Of a DNA stretch of 64,000 bases, positions 62,642 to 64,000 are shown one piece after another. A program made the translations under genes and the position numbers. The number at the start of each line of letters is the position of its first letter. Position 1 is the first letter of the stretch. This DNA is from Malacoraja senta (Eukaryota). The stretch spans positions 1 to 64,000 of the forward strand of contig JAXLNO010005840.1 in the NCBI GenBank assembly GCA_038087875.1. Direction: 5' to 3'. Below the pieces are notes generated by a model. That model ran no database searches. It worked only from the letters and a program-made list of their open reading frames with translations, and was not told where the DNA came from.

Positions 62642-63456
62642 CTGCAAGTGTAAGAAGAGTCAGAATCAGTGAAGACATGAACAAAAGCCTTCAATTGTAA
62701 GATCACTGCAACTCACCACTTTCCCAATCAGAGTTTTTTCTCTGGCTGAACTAAGTTTTCAGTCTAGACCCAAAATGCTGGAATAACTCAGCAGGTCAGG
62801 CAGCATTCTGGAGAGAAGGAATGCCCAGAGATGCTATCTGACCCACTGAGTTACACCAACATCTTCTATCTTCAGTGTAAACCATCATCTGCAGTTCTAT
62901 CTTGCACAAAGTTTACAGCCTTTTCTCTTTTCATTTTGCATTTCTGGCAAAACAACAAAACATTTAGCTTTAATATCACTGACATGCTCCTTATCTTAGC
63001 TCCAGGCTTTAACTGACAGCACAGATGAAAGGGGAATGCAGGCCCAATGGAGGAGTATAACTCACCATTGGGATTGATACTGTAGACATGATTGCTTCTA
63101 CCTGTTCATGAATCTCTGCTGAATAATAACACTAAATATTCCAAGAGGGAATGGGAGGAAGAAGTTCTTCAAATAGAGAACTGTTGGAAATTGAATGTCA
63201 CCATCCCAAGGAGTAATAGAGGCAAATAGAGAATCTGATTGGGTTTCTGATCAGTTCAGCAACAGACCCTTCAGGCCACAAGGTCGGTGCTAAACATAAG
63301 ACCAAGATACATATTCCTCCATTTCCTGAATATCTATATGACTGTGGATAAAGGACACTGGTACAATATTTATCTTTCACTTGCACTTCCTACCCACTGG
63401 TTCCATCTAAGAGGCACGTTGCCAGACAATTTACTGATACCCACGTTGTAGAACAG

Positions 63457-63746
63457 GGTGGCGAAGCGATCGAGCTACTGCCTTACAGCGCCAGAGACCT
63501 GGGTTTGTTACTAACTACGGGTGCTTGTCTTTACAGAGTTTGTACGTTCTCCCTGTGACCTGCGTGGGTTTTATCCGAGATCTTCGGTTTCCCCTCACAC
63601 TCGAAAGACGTACAAATTTGTAGTTTAATTGGATTGGTATAAATGCAAATTGTCCCTAGTGTGTGTAGGATAGTGTTAGTGTGCGGGCATGGCTGCTCGG
63701 TGCGGTCTCGGTGGGTTTCCGCGCTGTATCACTAAACTAAACTAAA
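63457..63746 (+). mobile_element. HE1-like SINE in the alpha2-alpha3 intron of locus A
   Basis: Same consensus with a ctaaactaaactaaa tail. Confidence 0.85.
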
Positions 63747-63845
63747 TAATTACTCAAGTGACAGCCTGAAGTGCATGATATTTCCCACCTGATCTATCCA
63801 GAGGATATCCTCTGGCCCATCAGTCAGAGTGCCTACGTCGTGTAC

Positions 63846-64000
63846 CTCTCCTCTGTAGTGCTTCTTGTCCACACTCCAGATATATCCGCAGCCACTTCAC
63901 ACAGTCCTTCTCCAGGAGATCTTTAAAATACTTGTTATGAAGGTGTTGACATTCCACCGATCTGCTAGCATCTGGAAATCTGGACGTAGTGCAATCCAGC
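63846..64000 (-). pseudogene. MHC class I-like locus A, 3' part of alpha2 exon (runs off the window end), frameshifted
   Basis: Minus strand reads WIALRPDFQMLADRWNVNT / (1-nt shift at 63940-63941) / HNKYFKDLLEKDCVKWLRIYLECGQEALQRR, then G|gtacac, a phase-1 donor. This is the alpha2 helix pattern with W147, C164, W167 and Y171. Confidence 0.92.

Noticed and set aside
63120-63360. Possible extra exon or ORF in the alpha2-alpha3 intron
   Set aside because: It has multiple stops and weakly resembles a decayed L1 C-terminus; the alpha2 and alpha3 exons already join in frame.

Overview
Repeat-dominated eukaryotic genomic DNA. The repeat inventory (HE1-like SINEs, CR1, L2, Rex1/Babar, Penelope, L1, Tc1, hAT) points to a cartilaginous fish, probably a skate; this is an inference. 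The host-gene content, mostly invisible in the ORF track, is two tandem MHC class I-like loci on the minus strand, both apparently disabled. Locus A contributes the end of the alpha2 exon (1-nt frameshift), the alpha3 exon (GFYP to GF*P nonsense) and a TM/cytoplasmic exon flanked by a Tc1 and a CR1 insertion. Locus B contributes an X1X2-Y promoter module, a 17-aa leader exon, a ~25 kb intron 1 and an alpha1 exon with an in-frame TGA. Intron 1 of locus B holds an intact full-length L1 (ORF1 356 aa, ORF2 1263 aa) and a second, divergent truncated L1 flanked by a 103-bp direct repeat; both poly(A) tails abut the same target sequence. Other elements: a Passport-like Tc1 carrying a teleost-type AFC-like SINE, a 3.5-kb non-autonomous hAT with an 8-bp TSD, two TTAA MITEs, a DIRS tyrosine-recombinase relic, and dozens of Penelope terminal repeats whose consensus forms a minimal hammerhead ribozyme core. 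Family names come from recognition by eye, not database searches, and repeat boundaries are approximate unless a TSD or TIR is quoted.
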